In this document: positions 1 to 10,045 of the stretch, piece by piece
Layout of the letters: every line of letters starts with the position of its first letter
Numbering within the stretch: position 1 is the stretch's first letter
NCBI GenBank assembly: GCA_945889445.1
Contig: CAMDBX010000002.1
Coordinates: 2,041 to 66,040, forward strand
Direction: 5' to 3'
Origin: Rhizobium sp. Q54
Lineage (GTDB): Bacteria > Pseudomonadota > Alphaproteobacteria > Rhizobiales > Aestuariivirgaceae
Length of the DNA: 64,000 nt
Program-made: the position numbers and the translations under genes
Notes under the pieces: generated by a model
The model's input: only the letters and a program-made list of their open reading frames with translations
The model's database searches: none
What the model was told of the DNA's origin: nothing

Positions 1-684
1 ATCGCCGAAGATTTCCGACGGCGTACCCTCTTCGTGGACGACACCCTCGAACAGGAAGCACACCTTGGAGGCAACTTCGCGAGCGAAACCCATCTCATGG
101 GTGGCAAGCAGCATGGTCATGCCCTGCCCCGCCAGATCGCGCACGATGTTCAGCACCTCGGACACCAGTTCCGGGTCGAGTGCCGAGGTGATCTCGTCGA
201 GCAGCATCACCTTCGGCTCCATGGCGAGAGCCCGCACGATGGCAACGCGCTGTTGCTGGCCGCCGGACAGCCGGTCGGGATATTCCAACGCCTTGGCTTC
301 GAGGCCGATGCGCTTCAGCAGCGCCATGGCCTTCGCTTCAGCCTCGGCGCGGTCCACCTTCAGCACCTTGAGTGGGGCAAGCGTCACGTTCTCCAGCACG
401 CTCATGTGCGGGAACAGGTTGAAGCTCTGGAACACGATGCCCACATTGCGCCGCAGGGTGTTGACGTCGACACCGGGGCCGGACACGCGATCATTCATCA
501 GCCGGATCTCGCCGCCCTGGATCTTTTCGAGGCCGTTGATGCAGCGGAGCAGCGTGGACTTGCCGCAGCCCGACGCCCCGATGAGGCAAACGACCTGGTG
601 CTCGTTCACCGACAGGTTCACGCCGCGCAGTACCTTGACGGGACCGAATTCCTTCTCGACGTTGACGATCTCGAGGAAGGACAT
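1..684 (-). CDS. Polar amino-acid ABC transporter ATP-binding protein (C-terminus beyond window start)
   Basis: Reverse-strand frame from ATG at 684-682 reads [22 protein letters not shown]... It carries Walker [13 protein letters not shown] signature LSGGQQQR and Walker B MLLDE. The frame stays open to position 1, so it is absent from the ORF track. Confidence 0.9.
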   Translation of the reverse strand, partial: MSFLEIVNVEKEFGPVKVLRGVNLSVNEHQVVCLIGASGCGKSTLLRCINGLEKIQGGEIRLMNDRVSGPGVDVNTLRRNVGIVFQSFNLFPHMSVLENVTLAPLKVLKVDRAEAEAKAMALLKRIGLEAKALEYPDRLSGGQQQRVAIVRALAMEPKVMLLDEITSALDPELVSEVLNIVRDLAGQGMTMLLATHEMGFAREVASKVCFLFEGVVHEEGTPSEIFGD

Positions 685-687
685 GGT

Positions 688-1842
688 TCAGCCCCCTGCC
701 CGCATGCGGGCATTGTCACGCTCGATCATCTTGTCGACGAAGCGGGCCTGCGGAATGGTGATGATCACGAAGAGGATTGCCACCACGGTGACGGCAGAAA
801 GATTGAACGCATTGGCCGCGATGATGCGCGACTGGTTGAAGGCATCGATGACGCCAACCACCTGCACAAGGGCGGTATCCTTCTGCAGTCCGATGAAATC
901 ATTGAGCAGCGGCGCGATGATCCGGCGTACCGCCTGGGGCACGACCACATAACGCATGGTCTGCATGTAGGAGAGACCAAGCGAGCGAGCGGCCGAAACC
1001 TGGCTCCAGTGGATCGACTCGATGCCCGAACGGTACACTTCGGCAACATAGGCGCCATAGGTCAATGTGAGCGCCAGAATGCACCACCAGATCACGGGAA
1101 TGCGGGTGAGCGAGCGCTGCTCCGCCACCGTCATGGAGGACATGTCAACGAACAGGCCCACGACGTGCGGCACGATCATTTCCGGCAGGCCCGAGGTCGG
1201 GATGCCAAAGCCGATCAGGTAAAGCGTCACGACTGCGGGGAGGCCCCGGAAGATGTCGCAATAGAGAATGGCGAGCGCGCGGATCGGCTGGCCGGCCTTG
1301 CCGGGCATCAGGCGCGCCAGCGCCACGATCAGACCCCAGACCAGCACCAGAACTTCCGCGACGACGAAGATGAAGATATTCGTCAGGATGAACTGCTTGG
1401 TGACCAGCCACCACTTCTGCTGCATCAAAGGCAGGTAGAAGAATGTCTTGCCCACCGCCACGTCGTTCATCATCACGAAGACGGAGAAGCCAAGGGCAAT
1501 CAACACGAAAGCGCCCCAGCCGAAGGTCACCCAGCCGTTCTCGCGCGAGGCGGCGGTCTGGATGCGCGCCTCGACAATGTCGCCGCTCGCGAGGGCCGTC
1601 GCGGCCTTGCGCGATTCTCCGAAAGACCGGATCGCCGGAATGAACAGCAGCGCAGTGATGGCAATGACCAGCCAGAAGATCACCTGCCAGATACCGCTCA
1701 TCACGCCCAGAACTTCGAGCGACGCACGCACCAGATGGGTGGCACCATAGGCCGCAAGTGTGCACAGGGCGGCGAACAGCAGCGCGACGGTCGCGAGACC
1801 GTCGGCGCGCTGCGGCAGCGGGGGAGGTGCGTGATTTATCAC
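688..1842 (-). CDS. Amino-acid ABC transporter permease
   Basis: 384-aa hydrophobic multi-TM ORF. The C-terminal half has the His/Glu/Gln/Arg/opine-type permease region (ARSLGLSYMQTMRYVVVPQAVRRIIAPLLNDFIGLQKDTAL). Its stop lies 3 nt before the ATPase start. Confidence 0.85.
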   Translation of the reverse strand: MINHAPPPLPQRADGLATVALLFAALCTLAAYGATHLVRASLEVLGVMSGIWQVIFWLVIAITALLFIPAIRSFGESRKAATALASGDIVEARIQTAASRENGWVTFGWGAFVLIALGFSVFVMMNDVAVGKTFFYLPLMQQKWWLVTKQFILTNIFIFVVAEVLVLVWGLIVALARLMPGKAGQPIRALAILYCDIFRGLPAVVTLYLIGFGIPTSGLPEMIVPHVVGLFVDMSSMTVAEQRSLTRIPVIWWCILALTLTYGAYVAEVYRSGIESIHWSQVSAARSLGLSYMQTMRYVVVPQAVRRIIAPLLNDFIGLQKDTALVQVVGVIDAFNQSRIIAANAFNLSAVTVVAILFVIITIPQARFVDKMIERDNARMRAGG

Positions 1843-1889
1843 TTGGATGGGAATGCCCCCGCCACCCTCAGGCAGCGGGGGCAGTGACC

Positions 1890-2732
1890 TCAGTGGTTGA
1901 AATACGGAACGGCGGCCGGGTCCCTGCCCCAGGCGGCGGCAAGGTACTTGGCACCCAGCTTCGCGATCGTGCCGTCATCGATCATCGACTGCATGATCTT
2001 GTCGATCGTCGCGTTGTTGGCGTTGCCCTTCGGATAGATGGCACCATAGGATTCACCGGTCTTGTACTGGCCGACAACGTCCACCTTGTCCGGGTTGGCA
2101 ACAACCTCGGCGAGCACGATCGAGGTGTCGGTCACCGCGACGTCCACCTGCCCGGCGCGCAATGCTGCGAACATGTCACCCTGGTCCGGATAGACCTGAA
2201 CGTCGGTGATGCCGAGTTTGTCCTGCACGAAAGCGGCACCGGTGGTTGCCTGCTGCACGCCGATCTTAGCGGACTTGATCGTCTTCTCGTCGACGGGCGC
2301 ATCCTTGCGTACCAACACGCCGATATCGGAGCTGAAATAGGGCACCGAGAAGTCATGGATCTTCTTGCGCTCGTCAGTGATCGAGATTTGCGACATGGCG
2401 AGGTCGAAGTCGGCAGTCTGGCCAGCGATCAGCGCATCCCAGCCGACGTTCACAACTTCGAGCTTGTCATAACCTGCACGCCAGGCGATCTCGGCAGCCA
2501 TGCAGTATTCCATGCCATCCTTGATGGCTTCGGGCGTATCGCCGTTCCACCAGATTGGGGCGGGCAGGGAGACTTCAACGGTGAGTTGTCCGGCCTTGGC
2601 AGGACTGGCGATGGCGATCGATCCCTTCTCGCCCATCACTTCGCAATTGCCGATCATGTTGGCGGCAGACGCCGGCAAGCTGAAGGCCAGCATTGCCGCG
2701 GCCGCGAGAAGCACGCGCTTCGAAATGGTCAT
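1890..2732 (-). CDS. Amino-acid ABC transporter periplasmic substrate-binding protein
   Basis: 280-aa ORF with signal peptide MTISKRVLLAAAAMLAFSLPASA. Size and composition fit a family-3 solute-binding protein. It is the first gene of an SBP-permease-ATPase string. Confidence 0.8.
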   Translation of the reverse strand: MTISKRVLLAAAAMLAFSLPASAANMIGNCEVMGEKGSIAIASPAKAGQLTVEVSLPAPIWWNGDTPEAIKDGMEYCMAAEIAWRAGYDKLEVVNVGWDALIAGQTADFDLAMSQISITDERKKIHDFSVPYFSSDIGVLVRKDAPVDEKTIKSAKIGVQQATTGAAFVQDKLGITDVQVYPDQGDMFAALRAGQVDVAVTDTSIVLAEVVANPDKVDVVGQYKTGESYGAIYPKGNANNATIDKIMQSMIDDGTIAKLGAKYLAAAWGRDPAAVPYFNH

Positions 2733-2886
2733 GTCTTGTTTGCTCCCTGTGGTTTGTTATTGCGCTGAATAGAATGGAAAAAGCTGCGGAGGGCAATGAG
2801 CATGACTGCTGAGAAAGATTAATGCAAGACAGCATCCCCAAATTGCAGTAAAGCCCCGCGGCCCCACCTCGAAACCAGATCCGGAC

Positions 2887-4164
2887 ATGCAGGCAATCGG
2901 CATCGATTTCGGCACGACCAACACCGTGCTCGCCTACCCCATGGGAAGCGAAGTGCGGGTGCAGTCGTTTCTGCGGGAGCATGCGGCGCATGAGGCGCTC
3001 CGGACCACCCTTTCATTCAGGCGCAACCCCGTGGCGGGCGGCAAACCATTGGCCGACGCTGGCCCATGGGCCATACAGGACTACATTGAGGCACCGGAGG
3101 ACACGCGCTTCCTGCAGTCATTCAAGTCATTCGCTGCCAGCGCTTCATTCACTGACACAGCGGTGTTTACCAGCCGCTACCGCTTCGAAGATCTGATGGC
3201 GATCTACCTCGGCAAGGTGCAGGATCATGCCAGGCTCGAACACTTCCCGAAACGCCTTGCCATCGGGCGGCCCGTCACCTTCGCGGGCCAGACCCCGGAC
3301 GACGCGCTGGCGCAGCGGCGCTATGCGGCGGCTCTCGACGCACTCGGCTTCGAGAAGGTCAGCTATGTGCTCGAGCCGGTGGCCGCTGCCTATTTCTATG
3401 CCCAGCGCCTGACGCGTGACGCCGTGATCCTCGTCGCGGACCTCGGCGGCGGCACCAGCGACTTCTCGGTGCTGCGCTTCCGCAGGCTGCGCGGTCGCGC
3501 CACGGCCGAAGCCCTCGCACACACCGGCATCGGCATCGCGGGTGACAATTTCGATTACCGCATCATTGATCACGTGGTGTCGCCCCGGCTGGGCAAGAAT
3601 GCCACCTACATGAGTTGGGGCAAGGAACTCGCCGTACCCAGGCATTACTTCGCCAGCTTCTCGCGCTGGAACGAACTCTGCCTCATGAGGCGGCCTGACG
3701 TGCTGCGTGAGTTGCGAGAACTGGCGCGCACCAGTTCATCGGGAGATGCCCTGCTCAGTCTCGTCGACCTGATCGAGGGCGGCGTCAGCTACGAGCTCTA
3801 TCGCGCGGTATCGCATGCCAAGGCGGCATTGACGGATCACGACTCGGTGCCTTTCCGGTTCAAGCTTTCGGGTGTCGACATCGCCGGCAAGATCAGCCGC
3901 AAGAATTTCGAACGCTGGATCGCGCCAGACCTTGAGAGGATCGGCGCCACGGCGGATGAGGCACTCACCAAGGCCGGTCTGGCAGCGAAGGACATCGACC
4001 GTGTCTTCCTCACCGGCGGCACCTCTTTCGTTCCCGCCGTGCGCCGGCTATTCGAGCAGCGCTTCCCGAAGGAAAAGATCGACTCTGGCGAGCAATTGCT
4101 CTCCATCGCCAAGGGCCTCGCCCTCATTGCCGGCTCCGATGAGATGGAGGCGTGGGCTGCATGA
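2887..4164 (+). CDS. Hsp70-family ATPase, YegD-like (no substrate-binding lid domain)
   Basis: 425 aa. N-terminal actin-fold phosphate-1 motif GIDFGTTNTVLAY, later ADLGGGTSDFSV and VFLTGGTSFVPAV. Its length matches the truncated YegD-type rather than DnaK. Confidence 0.8.
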   Translation: MQAIGIDFGTTNTVLAYPMGSEVRVQSFLREHAAHEALRTTLSFRRNPVAGGKPLADAGPWAIQDYIEAPEDTRFLQSFKSFAASASFTDTAVFTSRYRFEDLMAIYLGKVQDHARLEHFPKRLAIGRPVTFAGQTPDDALAQRRYAAALDALGFEKVSYVLEPVAAAYFYAQRLTRDAVILVADLGGGTSDFSVLRFRRLRGRATAEALAHTGIGIAGDNFDYRIIDHVVSPRLGKNATYMSWGKELAVPRHYFASFSRWNELCLMRRPDVLRELRELARTSSSGDALLSLVDLIEGGVSYELYRAVSHAKAALTDHDSVPFRFKLSGVDIAGKISRKNFERWIAPDLERIGATADEALTKAGLAAKDIDRVFLTGGTSFVPAVRRLFEQRFPKEKIDSGEQLLSIAKGLALIAGSDEMEAWAA

Positions 4165-4889
4165 ACATCGCTGTCAGCGCCTTCTACAAGTTCGTCAGCC
4201 TGCCTCATTTCACAGCGCTTCGTCCCGTGCTGCTCGACGCGGCGCGACAGCGAAGCATTCGCGGCACCATCTTGCTTGCGCCAGAAGGCATCAACGGCAC
4301 GATCGCCGGGGCACCGGACGACCTCGCAGCGATGATGGATCTTATCCGATCCATGCCGGACTTCGCCAACCTCGACAGCAAGCAGTCGCATGCGCAGGAC
4401 ATGCCCTTCAAGCACATGAAGGTGCGACTGAAGAAGGAGATCGTCACCATGGGCGTTGCAAGGCTGGACCCGGCGCGCGTCGTCGGCACCTATGTGGCAC
4501 CGCAGGAGTGGAACGCACTTATCTCCGACCCCGAGGTTCTGGTGATCGACACGCGCAACAGCTTCGAATTTGCCGCCGGAACTTTCCGCAATGCGGTAGA
4601 CCCCGGCACGCGGAGCTTCGGCGAGTTCCCGGCCTATGTGGCACGGGAACTCCCGGAATACAGGAACCGGAAAATCGCCATGTTTTGCACTGGCGGCATC
4701 CGCTGCGAGAAGGCGACCAGCTATCTCCGCGATCAGGGTTTCGAGAACGTGTTTCACCTCAAGGGCGGCATCCTCAAGTATCTCGAAGTGATACCGCCGA
4801 ACCAGAGCCTGTGGCAGGGCTCGTGCTTCGTGTTCGACGAACGCGAGGGTTTGGGCCACGGACTGGACATCAACAGGCCCGCGGACTGA
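4161..4889 (+). CDS. trhO: Rhodanese-domain tRNA uridine(34) hydroxylase (UPF0176/YceA family)
   Basis: The ATG at 4161 overlaps the upstream stop (ATGA). Sequence MNIAVSAFYKF...APEGINGT...MFCTGGIRCEKAT shows the rhodanese active-site Cys loop typical of TrhO. Confidence 0.8.
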   Translation: MNIAVSAFYKFVSLPHFTALRPVLLDAARQRSIRGTILLAPEGINGTIAGAPDDLAAMMDLIRSMPDFANLDSKQSHAQDMPFKHMKVRLKKEIVTMGVARLDPARVVGTYVAPQEWNALISDPEVLVIDTRNSFEFAAGTFRNAVDPGTRSFGEFPAYVARELPEYRNRKIAMFCTGGIRCEKATSYLRDQGFENVFHLKGGILKYLEVIPPNQSLWQGSCFVFDEREGLGHGLDINRPAD

Positions 4890-7640
4890 TCAACCCGTCC
4901 AGCCCAGTCCCGCCGCGACACAGTTCATGGTCATCAGCAGCGGCATCATCAGTGTCTCGTTGCCGCCGCCGCTGCGCCGCGTCTCCTTCAGCAATTGCAC
5001 CTGCCAGCGGTTGGCCTGGTCAACCATCGGGCGCACCCGCTCGAAGCGGCGCTGCAAGCCTTCGAAGCGCTCGCACAGTCGCGTCTCGCCGGTGAGTTCG
5101 AGAATGGTGCGCGCCGTACGGCTATGCTCATGGCGGATCAATGCGAACAGGCGCTCCGCCGAGGTGCGGTCGGTCACCAGCTCGGCATATTGCTCGGCCA
5201 CGTTCATGTCGGCGAGGTAGAGCGACTTCTCGACCTCATCCACCGCGAGCCGGAAGCCGCGCGACTTGGTGAACATGTCACGCAGCAGCCGCATGCCATC
5301 ACCACCGCGCGGAACGAGGAAGTCGTCGAAGGCGTAGCCCAGCCCGTACCAGCCGGTCAGCAGGTGGCGGTTCTGGCTCCAGGCGAAGACCCACGGAATG
5401 GCGCGAAGGTCGCCAATGCCCTTTGCCCCGAAACGGCGGGCAGGCCGGGAGCCGAGCTTGAGGTTCGCAAGTTCCTCCACCGGCGAAGCCTGGTGGAAAT
5501 AGTCGAGCAGTCCCTTGTCCTCCGCGAGCTTTCGATAATGCCGGAAGGACGCCTGGGCGATCCATTCAACCGCTTTCTGGTGCTCGGGGTTCACCTTGAG
5601 TTCGGGCTCGTCGATGGACTTCAGCGTATGCACAAAGACCGATGCCGCAAGAATCTCAAGATTGTGCTGCGCCGTGCCGCGATTGGCGAACTTGGACGAA
5701 ACAACCTCACCCTGCTCCGTCACACGCATGCGGCCGTCTATGGTGCCCGCGGGCTGGGCGGCTATCGCCCGGCCGGTGGGCGCGCCCCCCCGGCTCACCG
5801 AGCCGCCGCGGCCGTGGAAGTAGCTGATCGAGACGCCGGCATCGCGGCCGATTCGGATAAGACGCCGCTGGGCCTCGAAAAGCTCGAAGCTGGCGCAGAA
5901 GAAACCGCCATCCTTGTTCGAGTCAGAATAGCCAAGCATCACTTCCTGGCGGCCACCATGCGCGGCAACAGAGGTCTTCACCACCGGATGCGCCAGAAGC
6001 TCGGTCATGATGGCAGGCGCCGCGCGCAGGTCATCGATGGTTTCGAACAGCGGCACCGCGCGAATGCGGCAAACCTCGCGCGCCGTCTCGTCGGCAAAGA
6101 GGCCGCTGAACTTGGCGAGGAGGTAGAGGCCGAGAACGTCCGCCGCACTCTGTGTCATCGACAGGATGAAAGCGGCGATGGCTTGCGGATCTGGCCCGTC
6201 GATCGTGTCGCGGATGAGTTCGAGAAGTCCAAGCAACTCGCGCGCCTCGTCGGAGACCCCGCGGAACTGCGGCAGGAAGCCGAGCGGCTTGGCAAGTTCC
6301 GCTTCGATCCAGGCCTGCCACGATGCACTGCCGGTCTCAGGGCCCTCTCCCGGCTCCAGCGGGTTCAGCTTGCGCCAGATTTCCTTGAGCACACGGTTGA
6401 TGACGGTGGTGTTCTGGCGGATATCGAGGCTCACAGAACGGAAGCCAAAGGTCTCCACCTCCCAGCGCACCGGGCGCACCAGGGTGGCGGCGATGGATAC
6501 GGATTGCATCTGCGCCAGCGCCTCTTCGGCCGCATGAAGCTCGGAGATCAAATCGCCAGTGTCGAGCGGCTGGAAACCCGCCCCCCTGGGTTCGGTTGAG
6601 AAGGTCTTCGCAAGGCGAACCTTGAGGGCGGTGAAGAAGCGCCGGAACGGCTCATGAGCGTTGCGACTGCCGATTGCCTCGGCATCGCCGGATAGCTCCA
6701 CCTGCGTCTGCACCCGGTCGAGAAAGCTCTGCGGGAAGGAGATTTCCTGCGACGAGAGCGATGCGAGCTGGGCGAGATCGTTGAGCCGCTGCTCGAGCCG
6801 CGCCACGATAGCGTTGCGGTTCTCCTGCAGCGCATAGCGCGTCACGTCCACAGTGACGAAGGGATTGCCGTCGCGGTCGCCGCCAATCCAAGAGGAGTAG
6901 CGCAGGGGCGGGCGCACGCGGTGGGGTGTTTCGGGGTAATGGCGCTGGAGGGCCGCTTCCAGCAGATCGCAGAGGCTCACGGTGCGATCGAACAGTGTCT
7001 CGCGGAAAAAGTGCAATCCCCAATGGATCTCCTGCTCCACCGTCGGCTTCTCCAGGCGGATTTCGCCGGTGAGCCACAAGAGGTCGATCTCGTTGCGCAA
7101 GAGCTTGAGGAGTTGGACACGCTCGCGCGGCGTCCAGCGCGGGCTCTCGAGCTCGTACAGCTTCAGGTAGATGCGGCGATGGATTTCCAGCACGGTGACG
7201 CGCTTGGCCTCTGTCGGGTGCGCGGTGATGGTGGGCTGCACGTCGATCGTGTCGAGGGCAGACTGTACGTCCTCTGGCGAGACGTTGGCAGCCGCGACCG
7301 TGGCGAAGGCATGCGAGAACGAGCCCGGTACGTGATCCGACCCGCTGCGCGTTTCCATCTGGCGGCGGTTGCGCATCGCCGCGTTTTCTTCGGCGATATT
7401 GAGCAACTGCAGCCACATGCCGATCACCTGAAGCGCAGGTTCGATCAACTCGGGGGAAAGGGAAGGGGCGTTGGCCGGTTCGTCAATGATTGCAAGCACG
7501 CGCGGCTCGCGGACGCGGATGACCTGGCGCAACAGGTCGCGCAGCATCATGGTGATCTCGTCCAGATAGGCGTGGTCGACCGGCCCGGTGCTGGCCGCCC
7601 TCGCGAAAGCAACGTTCGACACCTGATGTACGCTCCTCAT
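4890..7640 (-). CDS. ppc: Phosphoenolpyruvate carboxylase
   Basis: 916-aa ORF with PEPC signatures QPTITAHPTEAKR, GYSDSNKDGG and FHGRGGSVSRGG, and C-terminal ...NCVAAGLGWTG. Confidence 0.95.
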   Translation of the reverse strand: MRSVHQVSNVAFARAASTGPVDHAYLDEITMMLRDLLRQVIRVREPRVLAIIDEPANAPSLSPELIEPALQVIGMWLQLLNIAEENAAMRNRRQMETRSGSDHVPGSFSHAFATVAAANVSPEDVQSALDTIDVQPTITAHPTEAKRVTVLEIHRRIYLKLYELESPRWTPRERVQLLKLLRNEIDLLWLTGEIRLEKPTVEQEIHWGLHFFRETLFDRTVSLCDLLEAALQRHYPETPHRVRPPLRYSSWIGGDRDGNPFVTVDVTRYALQENRNAIVARLEQRLNDLAQLASLSSQEISFPQSFLDRVQTQVELSGDAEAIGSRNAHEPFRRFFTALKVRLAKTFSTEPRGAGFQPLDTGDLISELHAAEEALAQMQSVSIAATLVRPVRWEVETFGFRSVSLDIRQNTTVINRVLKEIWRKLNPLEPGEGPETGSASWQAWIEAELAKPLGFLPQFRGVSDEARELLGLLELIRDTIDGPDPQAIAAFILSMTQSAADVLGLYLLAKFSGLFADETAREVCRIRAVPLFETIDDLRAAPAIMTELLAHPVVKTSVAAHGGRQEVMLGYSDSNKDGGFFCASFELFEAQRRLIRIGRDAGVSISYFHGRGGSVSRGGAPTGRAIAAQPAGTIDGRMRVTEQGEVVSSKFANRGTAQHNLEILAASVFVHTLKSIDEPELKVNPEHQKAVEWIAQASFRHYRKLAEDKGLLDYFHQASPVEELANLKLGSRPARRFGAKGIGDLRAIPWVFAWSQNRHLLTGWYGLGYAFDDFLVPRGGDGMRLLRDMFTKSRGFRLAVDEVEKSLYLADMNVAEQYAELVTDRTSAERLFALIRHEHSRTARTILELTGETRLCERFEGLQRRFERVRPMVDQANRWQVQLLKETRRSGGGNETLMMPLLMTMNCVAAGLGWTG

Positions 7641-7743
7641 TTCCCCTCAAGAGTTGTGCGGTGCAGCACGAAAAGAGTCAATGGTGATCGCCGGTCCTGG
7701 CCATAGGTGACATCGGCAGTCTGTGCCGCTACAAGGCCGCACC

Positions 7744-9582
7744 ATGCTCCACATCAACAACCTGACCTACAGAATCGGCGGCCGCCTGCTGCTTGAAGAC
7801 GCCTCTGTCGCCGTGCCGGAAGGTCACAAGGTGGGCATCGTGGGTCGCAACGGGGTCGGCAAGTCCACCCTGTTCCGGCTGATTTTGGGCGAAATCCCCA
7901 TGGAAGGCGGGTCAGTCACGCTGCCGCGAAACGCCCGGATCGGCACCGTGGCGCAGGAGGCCCCAGGAGGCCCCGAAAGCCTGCTTGAGACGGTCATGGC
8001 TGGTGATACGGAGCTTTCTGCCCTCCACGCTGAAGCAGAGACCGCAACGGACCCCCACCGCATCGCAGAGATACAGATCCGATTGGCCGACATTGACGCC
8101 CACAGTGCCGAGGCGCGCGCCGCAGTGTTGCTCACCGGACTGGGCTTCACCGAAGAGCAGCAGCAGGGGCCCTGCTCGGCTCTGTCGGGCGGCTGGCGCA
8201 TGCGCGTGGCGCTGGCGGCTGCCTTGTTCGCCAAGCCCGACGTGCTGCTCCTCGACGAGCCCACCAACTACCTCGACCTCGAGGGGGCAATCTGGCTCAA
8301 GAGCTTCATCCGCGACTATCCGCACACCATCGTGCTGATCAGCCATGACCGCGACCTCCTGAACGAGGCGGTGAGCTACATCCTCCACCTCGAGCGCGGC
8401 AAGCTCACCCTCTACCAGGGCAACTACGACAGCTTCGAACGTCAGCGGCGCGAGAAGCAGGCCCTCACCGTCAAGCTGAAAAAAAAGCAGGAGGACCAGC
8501 GCGAGCACATGATGGCTTTCGTCGAGCGCTTCCGTTACAAGGCCTCCAAGGCGCGTCAGGCACAAAGCCGGCTCAAGGCGCTCTCGAAGCTGGAGCCCAT
8601 CGCGGAACTCGTCGAGAACCACGTGGCGCCATTCTTCTTCCCCAACCCCGAGAAGGCCATCGCACCTCCCCTCGTGAAGTGGGACAAGGTCAGCGTCGGC
8701 TATGCCGAGAACAAGCCGGTGCTGCGCAACATCACGCTACGGCTTGATCCGGAAGACCGCATCGCGCTGCTCGGCTCCAACGGCAATGGCAAGTCGACCT
8801 TCGCCAAGCTGCTGTGCGGCAAGCTCAACGCCATGGCCGGTGAGATGAAGGCGCCAGCTCGCCTTACGGTCGGCTACTTTGCCCAGCACCAACTCGACGA
8901 GGTGTCGCCCGACAGGACGCCATATTCCTACTTTGCCGAGCTGATGCCGGACCAGCCGGAAGCGAAGCGCCGCGCCAAGTTGGGCGCTTATGGATTCGGC
9001 GCACAGTTGGCGGATTCGCGCTGCGAAACGTTGTCCGGTGGAGAGAAGGCGCGGCTGCTCTTCGCGCTGGCTGCCTTCCATGCGCCGCACATCCTGGTGC
9101 TCGACGAACCGACGAACCATCTGGACGTCGACAGCCGCGAGGCGCTGATCATGGCGATCAACGATTACGAAGGGGCCGTCATCCTCATCAGCCATGACCG
9201 GCACATCATCGAAACCTGCGTCGACGAACTCTGGCTGGTCCATGATGGCACGGTGACACGCTTCGACGGAGACATGGACGACTACACCCGCCTCGTACTC
9301 GAACGCTCACGGCAAAACCGCCGCGCAGGCCGCGCCGCGAAAACCGTGCAGCCTGAACAGCGCCCTGCGGCAAAGCCAGTGGCAGCGCCCAAGGCCACCG
9401 ACAAGCTCGACCGCAAGATGGATGAACTCCGCGGCAAGATCGACATTCTCGACAAGGCGCTGTCAGACCCACAGATCTTTGCCAGGGAACCGAAGAAGGC
9501 GGCAGACTTCGGCAAGCTTCGCGCCAAGCTCGCGGCGGAACTCGAAGACTTCGAGAACCAGTGGCTCGAGGCGCAGATCTGA
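7744..9582 (+). CDS. ABC-F family ATPase (two ABC cassettes, no TM domain)
   Basis: Two Walker A sites (GRNGVGKST, GSNGNGKST), two signature motifs (LSGGWRMR, LSGGEKAR), an inter-domain linker and a charged C-terminal tail. I prefer the ATG at 7744 over the GTG at 7723. Confidence 0.9.
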   Translation: MLHINNLTYRIGGRLLLEDASVAVPEGHKVGIVGRNGVGKSTLFRLILGEIPMEGGSVTLPRNARIGTVAQEAPGGPESLLETVMAGDTELSALHAEAETATDPHRIAEIQIRLADIDAHSAEARAAVLLTGLGFTEEQQQGPCSALSGGWRMRVALAAALFAKPDVLLLDEPTNYLDLEGAIWLKSFIRDYPHTIVLISHDRDLLNEAVSYILHLERGKLTLYQGNYDSFERQRREKQALTVKLKKKQEDQREHMMAFVERFRYKASKARQAQSRLKALSKLEPIAELVENHVAPFFFPNPEKAIAPPLVKWDKVSVGYAENKPVLRNITLRLDPEDRIALLGSNGNGKSTFAKLLCGKLNAMAGEMKAPARLTVGYFAQHQLDEVSPDRTPYSYFAELMPDQPEAKRRAKLGAYGFGAQLADSRCETLSGGEKARLLFALAAFHAPHILVLDEPTNHLDVDSREALIMAINDYEGAVILISHDRHIIETCVDELWLVHDGTVTRFDGDMDDYTRLVLERSRQNRRAGRAAKTVQPEQRPAAKPVAAPKATDKLDRKMDELRGKIDILDKALSDPQIFAREPKKAADFGKLRAKLAAELEDFENQWLEAQI

Positions 9583-9586
9583 CGGG

Positions 9587-10045
9587 CTACTTGCCCGCCG
9601 CGCGGTTCTGCCAGCGGCCCTGCTCGTCCTGCTGCCAGTAGCTGACTTCGTGTCCCGCCGCCTTGAAGCGCTTCCAGCCCTCACGCGCTGCTTCCACGGC
9701 CTGCTGATCGTTGCCGTCGAACATGATGACGGCGCGGGTCAGGCCGCCGATCTCGCCCACCGCCGCGCCATCGACATAGAACCGGATGTTTGCGTTGTTG
9801 GGGTTGTCGTCCTCGCCCGTCAGCCAGACCGGCTGCAGATCCGGGAAACCATCGGCCTTGGTGCCATGCGGCAGGAAGCTGTCGTCGTCAAAGCACCATA
9901 ACTGGGTAGAGAGGGCTTCTGCTCTTTCCTCCGTTCCGGCCTGAACCACCACCCGCCAACCGCGCTCAAGGCTCATGCCCAGCAGTTTCGGCAGCACGGC
10001 GTCCAGCGGTTGGCGTTCCAGGTGATAGAAGAAAACCGGCGTCAT
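9587..10045 (-). CDS. holC: DNA polymerase III chi subunit
   Basis: MTPVFFYHLERQPLDAVLPKLLGMSLERGWRVVVQ...LWCFDDDSFLPHG matches the alphaproteobacterial HolC pattern. An alternative ATG lies at 10054. Confidence 0.85.
   Translation of the reverse strand: MTPVFFYHLERQPLDAVLPKLLGMSLERGWRVVVQAGTEERAEALSTQLWCFDDDSFLPHGTKADGFPDLQPVWLTGEDDNPNNANIRFYVDGAAVGEIGGLTRAVIMFDGNDQQAVEAAREGWKRFKAAGHEVSYWQQDEQGRWQNRAAGK

Noticed and set aside
34-1887. Very long ORFs antisense to well-supported genes. Examples: 34-1887 (+), 4995-6599 (+), 20039-21658 (+), 29927-32572 (+), 32588-33994 (-), 58261-59673 (+), 60173-61258 (+) and 63009-63962 (-).
   Set aside because: They translate to Arg/Gly/His/Ala/Asp-rich low-complexity strings with no family motifs. 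Each lies opposite a gene with clear motifs, an SD and operon context. This is the typical shadow-ORF effect of high-GC DNA, where stop codons are rare on the antisense frame.
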